Origin: Podarcis gaigeae
Taxonomy: Eukaryota
Reading direction: 5' to 3' (one strand)
DNA: 64,000 nucleotides
Assembly: GCA_964106915.2 (NCBI GenBank)
Contig: OZ066918.1
Positions 47,894-58,678 of the stretch are shown here, one piece after another (positions within the stretch are counted from its first letter, which is position 1; each line of letters begins with the position of its first letter). The translations under genes and the position numbers were made by a program. The notes beneath the pieces were generated by a model. It did not search any database. It was given only the letters and a program-made list of their open reading frames with translations, and was not told the origin of the DNA.

Positions 47894-49258
47894 CTAAAGA
47901 AACAATATAGAGAATTGTGCAAAACGTCCACAATCATGTTTCCACATAGGTCTTGAACTGGTTAACCCGAAGAGTCATTTTTAAATCAGGGGCATGGATA
48001 GAGTGGCCTGTTGCAAAAGAAAACAGAGTCACTGCCCCACAAAGAATCCTGTAGAAGAGGGCACTTCAGCAAGTGCCACTGGTTGTGTAAGCTGCACCTG
48101 TTGAATTTCCCTCTTCTACACAATTCTCAAAGGTGCAGGAGCCTTAAGCACCTGTTCACTTTACATGTGCATTAATTCACTGGCTTGTCCCCAATGCATG
48201 TTTACTCAAAAGTAAGCCCCATGTCAGTGCATAGTAAAGTGTATTCTTCCACCTCTGTCTTATGCATGTTTGCTCAGAAGTGCCACTTAATATTTAAGGG
48301 CGCATTTAGGTTGCAACTTTCATTGCATGTACATGTACTAAGGACTGCAGGTTGATTTCAGCAACAAGACTCTGAGCTGGGCAAATTCGTTGTTGTTGTT
48401 TTTTACAGGGCGAGAATGGAGGCTGTGAAATAGTGGATTGGCCCAGGCTAGCACCCTTCCAACTAGCAACTTACCCATCCCAGCTATGCAGAGTGAAAAC
48501 CGATCACCTGCTAAGTAGCAGTAGATGAATGCAGGAAGAGGTTTGAGCTAATGAAGGGAGGAAGCGACTGCTAAAGATGCAGGAGAATTTTGTGCTTCCT
48601 GAACCAACATGTGAATTAAAATGCATTGAAATCCATATTTTTCTCCATTTTGTGATGCAGCACGCTAACCAATAATTCTGTCCGAGACAAAGCATATATT
48701 ATGGAGAAGTGGATACAGAAACATGTATATTGGTGAAAGTACTGTTCAAAACCACATTATATTAGGAGAAATGGCTTGCAAAAATGTGTCTATTAGGGGA
48801 AATGGCATATAAAAGGTGTACATTGGGAGAGAGGGGCAGACTTTTAAAATAATAATAATCGCAGACTGATGCAGAAACCAGGCAAATTGAATTTAAGATT
48901 GGAGAAACAAGAAACTGGGATGAACAGATTTACCCAGACCTAGATACTGTACTAGAGAAAGGAGGGCAGACTTTTGAATTTTTTTTAAAAAAGGTATTAA
49001 GCACTTTTGATTCTCTTTGCCTTATTCACCATGGAATATGCAGTGGTGACTGAACTATGCTCCCTATGCAGTATATAGAAGATTTATGAGCGGCAAATAC
49101 TGAGCAGTGAAATATAACAATATGCACCACTACCATATTACAGGCCAGAAAAGAAACAGTGAGATATTTGAGCTATAGCTAGGGAGCAAACTATTAGCAG
49201 TATCAGGAACTGTTGGCAGGGAAAGGTGGTGCTATACACTGGCCTTCTGGCAGTGTGG

Positions 49259-49375
49259 TCATAGAATTGTAGAGTGGAAAGGGACCTTGAGGGTCATCTA
49301 GTCTCAACTAAAGCAGCCATGACATATGGCCATCCAACCTCTGCTTGAAAACCTCCAAGGAAGGAGAGTCCACCT
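49259..49375 (-). mobile_element. CR1 LINE 3' fragment
   Basis: Minus strand reads DSPSLEVFKQRLDGH followed by the CR1 terminus. Confidence 0.8.
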
Positions 49376-49417
49376 TGAGCTCCTTGGAGGAAAAGTGAGA
49401 AATGTGATGGATTAGAC

Positions 49418-49804
49418 CAGTGGTTCCCAACCTTTTTTGGGCCATGCCCCATCTAAGCATATCTAAAATACTGACACCCCCCCCCCCATGACATATACCG
49501 TATTTTTTGCACCATAACACTCACTTTTTTCCTCCTAGAAAGTAAGGGGAAATGTCTGTGCGTGTTATGGAGGGAATGCCTATGGGTGGCATGCCTACAG
49601 ATTTTCCTCCTCTAAAAACTATGTGCGTGTTATGGTCGGGTGCGTGTTATAGAGTGAAAAATACGTTAATTCTTATTTTTCAAAAACTGAACTCCTGTGC
49701 ATGTGGAGGAAGCCTAAAAGGCCATTAACCTGGTTTAAACAAGCTTCCAAATTGCCCCCCTTAAGAATCAAATTGCACCCCCTGCGGGGCATTGGGAACC
49801 ACGG
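49418..49804. mobile_element. hAT-Charlie-like non-autonomous element
   Basis: TIR CAGTGGTTCCCAA / TTGGGAACCACGG. Perfect 8-bp TSD GATTAGAC at 49410-49417 and 49805-49812. Confidence 0.88.
49498..49666. mobile_element. Tc2/pogo-like MITE nested in a hAT element
   Basis: CCGTATTTTT...AAAAATACG termini and TA flanks. Related to 7732-7992. Confidence 0.8.
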
Positions 49805-49939
49805 GATTAGACGGATGGACAGAGATACAGTATAAATAAATTTGAGCATGTCAAGTGGAAGGTGTTTAATATATTTCATGGCTGCATTGCTTTCCCTGAA
49901 CATCCCCATCCCTGAACGAATCACATGAAATGTTCACAC

Positions 49940-50008
49940 TATGAAAAGAAACCAGCAATCTGGGATATTCACCTCTGCCATAGAAATGTCATCAGCATCC
50001 ACTGAAGT
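49940..50008 (-). CDS. OPN4: Probable Opn4m C-tail exon (3' boundary ambiguous: 49973 or 49940)
   Basis: Strong acceptor CTTTCTTTCCCTTCTTTTGTAG followed by TSVDADDISMAEVNIPD..., resembling the TSMDADDISM motif of non-mammalian Opn4m as I recall it. Two in-frame donors: GAG/GTGAAT after 36 nt and ATA/GTGTGA after 69 nt. Read-through stops at TGA 49936-49934. Confidence 0.75.
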
Positions 50009-50326
50009 CTACAAAAGAAGGGAAAGAAAGAGTGTGTAGCAGTGCAGACAGTTCTTACCCCAGGATATGGAGTTGTCACAGCATGGTCCTATCCTTCTCT
50101 AAGTGCTGCGTGAGAAGGATAATTCCATATGTAAGTTATGGTTGTGCCCTCTCTTAATGACCGTGCAATGTATTGTGCCCAGTGCCCGGTGCAACTATGA
50201 CTTGGCGAAATGAGGAATGAGGGGCAACCAATTATTAGGTGTTCTTTTCTGCCATCCCAGAACTGGCGCCACCCGTTGCACCAGTGCTGTGCTGCACACG
50301 ATAATATATGCCCAAATATACTGTTA

Positions 50327-50678
50327 AAAAGGTAAAGGGGCCCCTGACCACTAGGTCCAGTCGTGACTGACTCTGGGGTTGCAGCGCACCTCTCACTTTA
50401 TTGGCCGAGGGAGCTGGCATACAGTTTCCTGGTCATGTGGCCAGCATGACTAAGCCGCTTCTGACGAACCAGAGCAGCACACGGAAACGCTGTTTACCTT
50501 CCCGCTGGAGCCGTACCTATTTATCTACTTGTACTTTGACATGCTTTCGAACTGCTAGGTTGGCAGGAGCCTGGACCGAGCAACGGGAGCTCACCCGCTC
50601 GTGGGGATTCGAACCGCCGACCTTCTGATTGGCAAGTCCTAGGCTCTGTGGTTTAACCCACAGCGCCACCCGCATCCC
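50327..50678 (-). mobile_element. Full-length Sauria SINE (Squam1/lacertid type)
   Basis: tRNA-like head with B box (GGTTCGAATCC on the minus strand), Sauria core and ACCTTT tail. 13-bp TSD AAATATACTGTTA at 50314-50326 and 50683-50695. Confidence 0.93.
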
Positions 50679-51797
50679 AAATAAATATACTGTTATTCCC
50701 AGTTTAAAGGACTATCCCATCCCATTCCCATCTTGCAGGACCAAGAGCGAATGAGATCAGAGGATAGGACTGAGATTATTCCAGCAGCCAATCACAAAAC
50801 AACAGCAGGACCATAGAAGCTGCAGCAGGTGAGCACAGCTCCCTGATCCAGAAGGGCACAGCCTGGGGCCACGGGGCTCAGCTCAAACGCCTCTGGGGGT
50901 GTGAATGCAGGAGAGGAAAAGCAGAGGAAATTGTGATGGGGTGAAGGGGCAACAAGCACGGAAAAGAACCACTTGCACACACAAAGGCACCCAAGGAAAG
51001 AAAGGTTGCAAGCTGAATAAAGTGTGTATTTTGTGCATGGGGGTGAGGCTGATGGGGGGGGGGGAGACAGGGGAGGGGAGAAGCAACATTGGCTGGACAC
51101 AATGTTGCTTTGTTCCCTCCTAGCCACTGTTTGTAGAAATGCATCATTTATGGGACACGACTGCGGTCACAGGGAAGCGAAACAGTATTTTGGATTTTCC
51201 ATAACAAAAGGCACCATATAAAAACAAGCCAAAACGCAAGAGAGAGAGAGAGAAAGGTACAAATATTCTGCCAAAGATGCCCTTCTGAGGTCAACAGTGA
51301 CAGAAAGTGGTGGAGAGCTGGAAACAGAATGCCGGATGTTTATTTTTAGGAGGAGAGGGGCGTCAAACTAAATTTGCCAATTCCCCTGTGACTTTGGCAG
51401 CAATCTGATGTGGACCAACAGCAATGTGCACATCCCAGCAATGGAATGTGATAAGGAAACGTCCCCCTGTTAGAAAATGTGAATGCCAGGCTGCTGTCAA
51501 AGGCACAGAAGGAGGGCCGGTGCAAAGAGAGAAACAGTAGCCCTGGTTAGAAACCAGCTTCAGGCAGACCTACATTAAAGGGTATGTGTTTATGCATGGC
51601 TATCAGTGAACCAAAATGTCTTCACCTATCATCAGCAGCATTCACACATACAGTGCACACAATTTCCCTCATCTTGGGTCCATCCTACCAGTTTCCACCC
51701 TTAGAAGGAACACTCATTGGGGAATTATATTAATATTTTTTTGGAAGCTGCCCAGAGTGGCTGGGGAAGCCCAGCCAGATGGGCAGGGTATAAATAA

Positions 51798-51798
51798 G

Positions 51799-51836
<38 letters not shown>
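51798..51836. repeat. (GTT)n microsatellite at a LINE tail
   Basis: Read directly from the sequence. Confidence 0.95.
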
Positions 51837-51930
51837 ATGTTCTTCAAGGTGGGTGCTGCTCCTCTGTCTTTTGACAAATCTTCATGTTCTCGGATGTGGG
51901 GAAGTGCCAAGACTTCCACTAAGTGTTCAG

Positions 51931-52069
51931 AGAATCAGAGAATCATAGAGTAAAAGTTGGAAGGGACCCTGAGGATCATCTAGTCCAACCCCCTGCAATG
52001 CAGGAAAATGCAGCTGTCCCATATGGGGATTGAACCTGCAACCACGCTCTAACCAACTGAGCTATCCAG
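51931..52069 (-). mobile_element. tRNA-Ile-headed SINE with CR1-derived tail (internal deletion)
   Basis: Same family as 6921-7056 and 61586-61721. Confidence 0.85.
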
Positions 52070-52836
52070 TGTTCATCAAATGACCGGACTGGGCATGAAA
52101 ATGCTGCATCAGGATGGGTAAGTTATGATACAGGCAGCAGAGTTTTTCTTTTTTAAAAATGCTCTGCCCAATCTTATCTGCCACGAGCCTCACAATTTCT
52201 TTTGAAAGATTCCTTGCTCCCCACAGCACATTCTCATCAGCACTGCTCTCCCCTGCTTATGTTTGACATGTGCTTTGCATAATGATTTCCGTACAGTTGC
52301 CGGGCACATGGCACTTGCTGTTTTGTGCTGCGGCCAACCCTCCCCTTCAAATGTTAGCGACACAGGATCTCCCATGCTGCAGAACTGGCAAAAGGAATAG
52401 CACACGTGAAAATCATAATTAGTGAAGTGGGAGTCGCTTGACTGCCAGGCATCTTTTCAAATTAACAAGATGAAATAGGTGACAGCTGCTTGTGGGCTGG
52501 TGTTGGAGATTGCGATCATGCCAATAGGTGTGAGAAGAGGAAGGAGATTAGAGTGGTGTCACAACCAGCCAGAATATGTGCATAGACTTGTTGTGGTTTC
52601 TATAGGGAAACACACTTGTTTTTAAAAGGGAAAGCATATCTCACAAATGAAATGGACAAACTATTAAGTTCTCCTCTATTTGGGTGTCCCAATGGCAGCT
52701 TTCTTATACAGGTTACTGACGGCATTTGGGAAGAGGGGATGGAGAGAGAAAGAGAAAAAATTACTGACATGGAATAATACAAGCTGAGGCAGAGATCTGC
52801 AGACCTGTCTGCTCTGAAAATAGGACGTTTTGTTAC

Positions 52837-52992
52837 CTTTTCGAAAATCCCTGAATCGTGGCTTTTCAGTTTAGATTTGATTTTGACATCGTTCATTTCT
52901 GCCGTGGTGTCTTCACCCATCTCGTACGAAACTTGCCCGCTAGCACCTCTGGAGTTCAGACTAGAGATATCCGCCTCTGTGTCAGTCCATTC
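52837..52992 (-). CDS. OPN4: Opn4m coding exon, equivalent to exon 9 (C-tail)
   Basis: EWTDTEADISSLNSRGASGQVSYEMGEDTTAEMNDVKIKSKLKSHDSGIFEK. CTGCAG acceptor, AAG/GTAACA donor, 156 nt, phase 0/0. WTDTEAD and KSHDSGIFEK are typical of non-mammalian Opn4m tails. Confidence 0.92.
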
Positions 52993-54038
52993 CTGCAGCG
53001 ACAGGCCAGCATGATTTTTTTTCAGAGAGTCTCTTTGGGTTTAATTGCTTTCCCTCAATCAGTTCAGTTATGTGCCAAATGGAAGAGCCAGAAATGTGAA
53101 AGGGACTCCCAACAAATCCTGTCTTGGGGCCAGCTTAGACAATCAGCAAAATCAGGAGGTGGGGCTGCTCCGAGACTACCCCTTCAGGCTCTCTCCCCCC
53201 CCTTTTTTAAAAAAGCAGACTTTCCTACTGCACAAATGCCCTGTCAGACACCCTGCAAAGAATAAAAAGGCCCAATGAACACACAGCATTCTTTGCTCCT
53301 TGCTTACACCCTATATCAGTGATGTTATCTCCAAAGGAGTCAGTAGTTCTTATCTACTTTACAGCGATAATTCATTTATGGCTCTGCCTTGTGCAGTAAT
53401 GTTACCCGCCTACAGAAGAGGAGGGTACAGTCCAAACGAAGGTGTTTTAATATGGTTTGGGTAGTTTCAAGTATGGAAACGGAGCGCATTCTACCCTTGT
53501 AGCCCTGTGCTTAATAAACACATAAGGACCACAAAAGAGGATTTTGCAAGCCCTTACGGTTGCTTAGTCTTATACGTTTCTGCCTGGAAAGATAAAACAC
53601 CCACCAAGTATTATGCAATGGTTTGAGGACCTCACAGAGCTACTTACATTTGAACATATTTCATATAAACATCATTTTTGTGTGGATACCTATTTGGGCA
53701 CCTGGAGGGCTTGTATCAATTTATATGTTCTACATTAGATGTACAAACTGATGCTTACAGCATCCATAATGTGAACTGGTGGTGGGTTGTTGTTGTTGTT
53801 ACTATTAGTATTACTCATATATTATTTTTCTTTTTAATCAAATTTAACTATTTTTTCATTAGCTATTTCACTTAATTTCTGTAATAATGTCCCCTCTTCC
53901 TTTTCTTTGTTAAGTTTATAAATAATTCTTTTTTAAAAAAACAACCCAGAATAAACCTGTGTCTCCTGAATGCTCTCATTTTTCCAAGTGCACATTCTGT
54001 GTCCCACCACATAGCAACCCCACCCTGCTTTCATAGTA

Positions 54039-54280
54039 CAGTGGTACCTCGGGTTAAGTACTTAATTCGTTCCAGAGGTCCATTCTTAACCTGAAACTGT
54101 ACTTAACCTGAAGCACCACTTTAGCTAATGAGGCCTCCTGCTGCTGCCGCGCCACCGGAACACAATTTCTTTTCTCATCCTAAAGCAAAGTTCTTAACCT
54201 GAAGCACTATTTCTGGGTTAGCGGAGTGTGTAACCTGAAGCGTATGTAACCTGAAGCATATGTAACCCGAGGTACCACTG
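54039..54280. mobile_element. Tc1/mariner MITE (CAGTGGTACCTC family)
   Basis: Matching TIRs and TA TSD, 242 bp. Confidence 0.9.
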
Positions 54281-56154
54281 TATACGCTTTCAGAGTTAAA
54301 GCTAAATACAATACTTATGGTAAATGAGCTACCATAGCTGTGAAAATTTGTGTCCAGGGCTTTTAAAGACCTGTCTACCCATGTCATATCTGAAACCAAA
54401 GGGGTGCATGGTTGCCAGATGTGAACTATATTGGCATTATTTTCAGCAGGGAATGGCAGCCAGGTGGCAGTATACCATAATGACAGCTTGCTGTTGTGCT
54501 CAGGGACCCCAATCAGAACAAAATCTACCCCCTGCCCCTATTGAAACCCATTTTGAGGCTCAGGCAAAGGAAGGGAAGGTTTACTCTCCCTCCTCTCAGA
54601 CGTCTTACTGACTGCGACCTACTTATTTTCTCCCACAGAAATCAACAAGACTCTTTCCTATCTCAATAGTTTTGTTGCTTCTTCATCACATCAGAGTGTG
54701 AAAAAGAGACAGGAGCTTAAAAATAATAATAAATCTACATGATGCCATCATTTCAGGCTAATCATTCTGAAGTATAGAGAGACACCTGAGAGATTTTGGC
54801 CTTGCTGGAAAGAAAGGCCCGTTCTGAAAAACAACAAGGAGCCACAAAAATAATTCATGGAAAGACTAAAACATTTATCTTGTCTCATGTAGAAATGCGT
54901 ATGTTGTACGAACATGGGAATTCCCAAGTTGGCTTTATTTTAGCAAGATCTGCTTTGTTGTATTTTTAATCAGGGATATAAAATAGATGGAGTGCAGAAC
55001 CCACACAGCTCCGAAATCTCCTGTAAGAATTTGGAGCATGTCAGCCTCCCCTAAAAGCACATTAACCTAAAAACGTAACAGCTTAGGGGGCATAATAGCA
55101 TTTTTGTGTTTTTAGAGCTCGTATAAAAAAATGAAAAACTGGTTGAAAAAGAACACAATATTGTGCCTTGGATAGCACAGAAGGAAAGTCTCTCAGATTC
55201 CAAAGTGAAGAACCACTTCCGGCTTCTTTGCAAGTAACCACTAAGTACTTAGCAGTGATACAGCAAGCTGTTGAGAGCTTCTGGTTGCTGGGAGGGTGGG
55301 GGGTTCCGTTGATGGATTTGTCAATTTGTCTAAATCTGCCAGCAAATCTCTTTCTAAATTCAGCCTGCTTCACCCTACAGAAGCATTAGCCCTCACGTCA
55401 CAAACTCGTTTCCTTCCCCCTTCCCCCGTGAGGGCTGCATTCTGTGTTATTGTTGCAGAACGGAATGATCACATATTGCATGCAATTAAGTTGCACTATT
55501 GCAACCTTGCACGGCTGGCTTGTTGAAATGGCACAAATTAATTGCATGCAAGGTAGAGAGCCTGGCACAGAGAGAGCTTTTAAGCTCTCTGCCTTGCTCA
55601 CAGGGCTCTGGGAACTTGGATGGCCCTGTGAGAGCCTCTCAGAGTGCTGTAAGCTAGGTGGAGAGCTTAAAACCTCCCTGCCTCGCTTGGAAAAAAGGGG
55701 TGGTTATGTGGAGGTGGTTCAGGTATATGCGTTTTGCATCCCCAGAACACACACAAGACATGGCCTCCCTCATGTAATACTTCACTCTTTATGTATGCAA
55801 AATTCTTGTCAACTAGAAGTTCAGAATTTAGGTGAATTCAGCCATGATCAGGCAAGGAATCTAAAAAGAGCCTCTTTATAAGGGGTGGGGGGGGCTTCAT
55901 ATATCGCTGGGCTACAATTCCCATCATCCCTGGCCACACTGGCAGGGCCAGATAGAAGCTGGGGTCCAACAACCTCTGAACGGCTATAGGTTCCTTATTC
56001 CTGCTCTACATGACCAGAAGCCTCTAGCTGCCTGTAGCAGGTGCTACTGCTGGTGAGTCCTTTTTTAGCCTTCTCTCCGCTGTGCTGTTGCGAACCCCCT
56101 CATTCACCTGCTGGAAGTTCAGGGATTTTTCTTGCAGCACCAGAGGGTCCCCAC

Positions 56155-56384
56155 CCTTTCAAATGCTCTCTCTAGGGAGACTCGCCTGATGTCTTCATTA
56201 TACATCTTTAGGTGCCAGGCAAAAATGTTTCTCATTAATCAGACCTTTGGCTGATTGACATCTGATGCCCTTTTAAATGTGTTGTGGACGGGAGAACTAT
56301 TGGGTTGTTTTTTTTTATTCTTATTATGTATTCTGTGTTTTTTATATTGTGAACAGTCCTGAGATTTATAGGGCGGTATAAGTA
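56155..56384 (+). mobile_element. L2 LINE 3' end abutting an assembly gap
   Basis: Reverse-complement similarity to 27050-27300. Confidence 0.7.
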
Positions 56385-56513
56385 NNNNNNNNNNNNNNNN
56401 NNNNNNNNNNNNNNNNNNNNNNNNNNNNNNNNNNNNNNNNNNNNNNNNNNNNNNNNNNNNNNNNNNNNNNNNNNNNNNNNNNNNNNNNNNNNNNNNNNNN
56501 NNNNNNNNNNNNN
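56385..56513. other. Assembly gap (129 N) in an OPN4 intron
   Basis: Run of N. Confidence 1.
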
Positions 56514-56622
56514 GCCAGCCAGAGGCTTCTTGACCACATGGAAGCTCTTTTGGGGGCTTAGTAATACAGATCTGTAGAATATCTCCAGAGAGAGATTCCA
56601 GAGATTTTGAGCTCTCAGTTAC

Positions 56623-56830
56623 AGAATCGTTGGGTTGGAAGGGACCCCAAGGAATGCAGGAATCACGACTAATGCATCCCTATCAGATGGCCATCCAACC
56701 TCTGCTTAAAAACCTCCAAGGAAGGAGAGTCCACCACCTTCTAAGGGAGTTCATCCCACTGTCAAACAGCTCTTACCATCAGAAAGTTCTTCCTGATGTT
56801 TAGTCAGAACCACCTTTATTGTAACTTTGA
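56623..56830 (-). mobile_element. CR1 LINE 3' fragment
   Basis: TGGCCATCCAACCTCTGCTTAAAAACCTCCAAGGAAGGAGAGTCCACC...CTTCCTGATGTTTAG. Confidence 0.8.
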
Positions 56831-57043
56831 AGTCATTGTAGAACAACAATGGAGTCGCATCCATTGCTCGGCTAGTGTTTGCCTCTGACTGCATCTGCTG
56901 CTGGCATGTGGCCCCAGGAAGATTCCTCACCAGTCAATGCGGCCCTTGGGCTGAGAAAGGGTCTAATCTATGCCCACCAGCTTGCTGTGCACCCCTTTCA
57001 TTGATACTGTAGATTAGACAATGTAGATGAAGGTTATCCTTAC

Positions 57044-57221
57044 AGATTCACTGTCTGAGACAGAGGAGAGCCGTCTGTTTCCTCTTGGCAGCCCATTCAT
57101 ATCAGAGGACTGGCTGGTGACAGTGAAACGTCTGGTGGAAGGGAAGCTGTTAGATCTGGAGTCCTTATGAGAAACCCTTAGGAGAGATCCAAGGCAGGGA
57201 AGAAATTTTGCAATCGCCGTT
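57044..57221 (-). CDS. OPN4: Opn4m coding exon, equivalent to exon 8 (helix 8 and proximal Ser/Thr-rich C-tail)
   Basis: (R)TAIAKFLPCLGSLLRVSHKDSRSNSFPSTRRFTVTSQSSDMNGLPRGNRRLSSVSDSES. CTCAG acceptor, GTAAGG donor, 178 nt, ends in phase 0. Confidence 0.95.
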
Positions 57222-58223
57222 CTGAGGGATAAGAAATTAAGCCCATCAGTATTTTTTCTACCTCTGCAAACACAAAACACAGACTAAAACATTTCTGTCC
57301 TTTCCGACACAAGCTAAAAACGTACATTCATTCAGAGAGGGAGAGGGGAAGAGCGTGAGAGAGGCCATATTGAATTAAAGACCTTATTGGACTATAAAAG
57401 GATATGACTGCACTGTGGAATCCAGTTTACAGTTGTGTGCATCAGCCCATACACAGGCAGAAACACATGCTGACGGTGTTTGTTCCCACCAGTATCAAAA
57501 TATAGCAGGAAACCCTGATTGCTATCTGCATCATGAAATGTGAAAGGAAGCTGCTCAGATGAATGTGCACTCTTTGGGTCTGCAGATGTGGTTCAGGTCC
57601 CTGCATATGACATGTAAGCTGCCTCCAGTCAGGCATCACCCTTGCTAGATCAGGAGTGTGTCAATACAAAAAGGAATGGACAATACAAAAAGGAACGGAT
57701 GCTTGCATTTTCATTTCAGCTGGCAGAATCTCCACATGGTGGGTGAGCAGTCCATGTATGGCAGCTTGACAGTGGGGACCCCTGCTGCTACTCGGTTTTC
57801 TTCTTACGAACAACAAAACTATCTGATCTTAAATACCAACATGCCTGCAAACCTCACGGGCATGCATACCAGTCACTGTATATATCATATATATACTCAT
57901 TGTACAGTCATATGATCTTTACCATTCAAGAATTGTCAAGCAAAGAGACTTCATCGATTCAGCAAAAACAACTCATTTTGCCTGGGGTTTTTTCTGACTT
58001 TGCATTTAAGATGGAGACGATTTGAGGAGCCAGATGCTGGGATTTTTGACAGTTGAGTATAGCTGAGCATAAGAAGGGGGCTGTCGATGGGTGATGCTTG
58101 TGAGAAAAGCTGCACCTGCTTAAATCCCCTGTATGTGCACTTGTAAATAGTTACTAGCCTGCTGAGATGCTAGCATCAGTTTCTGTGCATGATATGGGGC
58201 CAGAGGGAAGCCTTTGCTTCTGT

Positions 58224-58250
58224 AAAGGTAAAGGGACCCCTGACCATTAG
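58224..58250 (-). mobile_element. Sauria SINE 3' tail remnant
   Basis: AAAGGTAAAGGGACCCCTGACCATTAG matches the tail of the other copies. Confidence 0.7.
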
Positions 58251-58570
58251 TGGCTAGCAAAACAAATTTTGCCTTTTTACTGTAGGCTGGTGGAGGAGGG
58301 ATGGGTCTGATGCATGGGATTTCCTCCCTCCTTAGCCAGTCTAGAAACCAAGCAGACTGGCAGAGGAGGAACAGAGAGATCAGGCCCTCCTCCATGAGCC
58401 CACTCACTCATTGGCATGGAAACCTTTACTGCCGACACCTACTAGGTGAGATGTTAAATATAAGATAGCGTTAATATGACAGGAGTGGAATCCCGTATTG
58501 CTTGCGGTTGCCCTAAAGAAGACCTGTCACTGGTTGCAAGCCCCAGTTCTTTACAAAAGGTGAAACATAC

Positions 58571-58678
58571 CTGTATTTGGGGTGGGCAATGGCGTAAACA
58601 ATTGGGTTGTAGATGGATGAAGCTTTGGCAATCACTGCAGGTATTGTGTTCATTAAGGGAGTGAGCACATGGGAGTAC
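58571..58678 (-). CDS. OPN4: Opn4m coding exon, equivalent to exon 7 (TM7, retinal-binding Lys, NPxxY, HPK)
   Basis: (G)YSHVLTPLMNTIPAVIAKASSIYNPIVYAIAHPKY(R), 108 nt, TTTAG/GTATG. The Schiff-base Lys codon is at 58626-58624. HPK is the motif of Gq-type/rhabdomeric opsins. Confidence 0.97.

Noticed and set aside
48475-48507. 33-nt cryptic OPN4 exon (TAGCAG acceptor, TGG/GTAAGT donor) with an in-frame TAG
   Set aside because: Weak polypyrimidine tract and no homology. A poison exon is possible but unsupported without RNA data.
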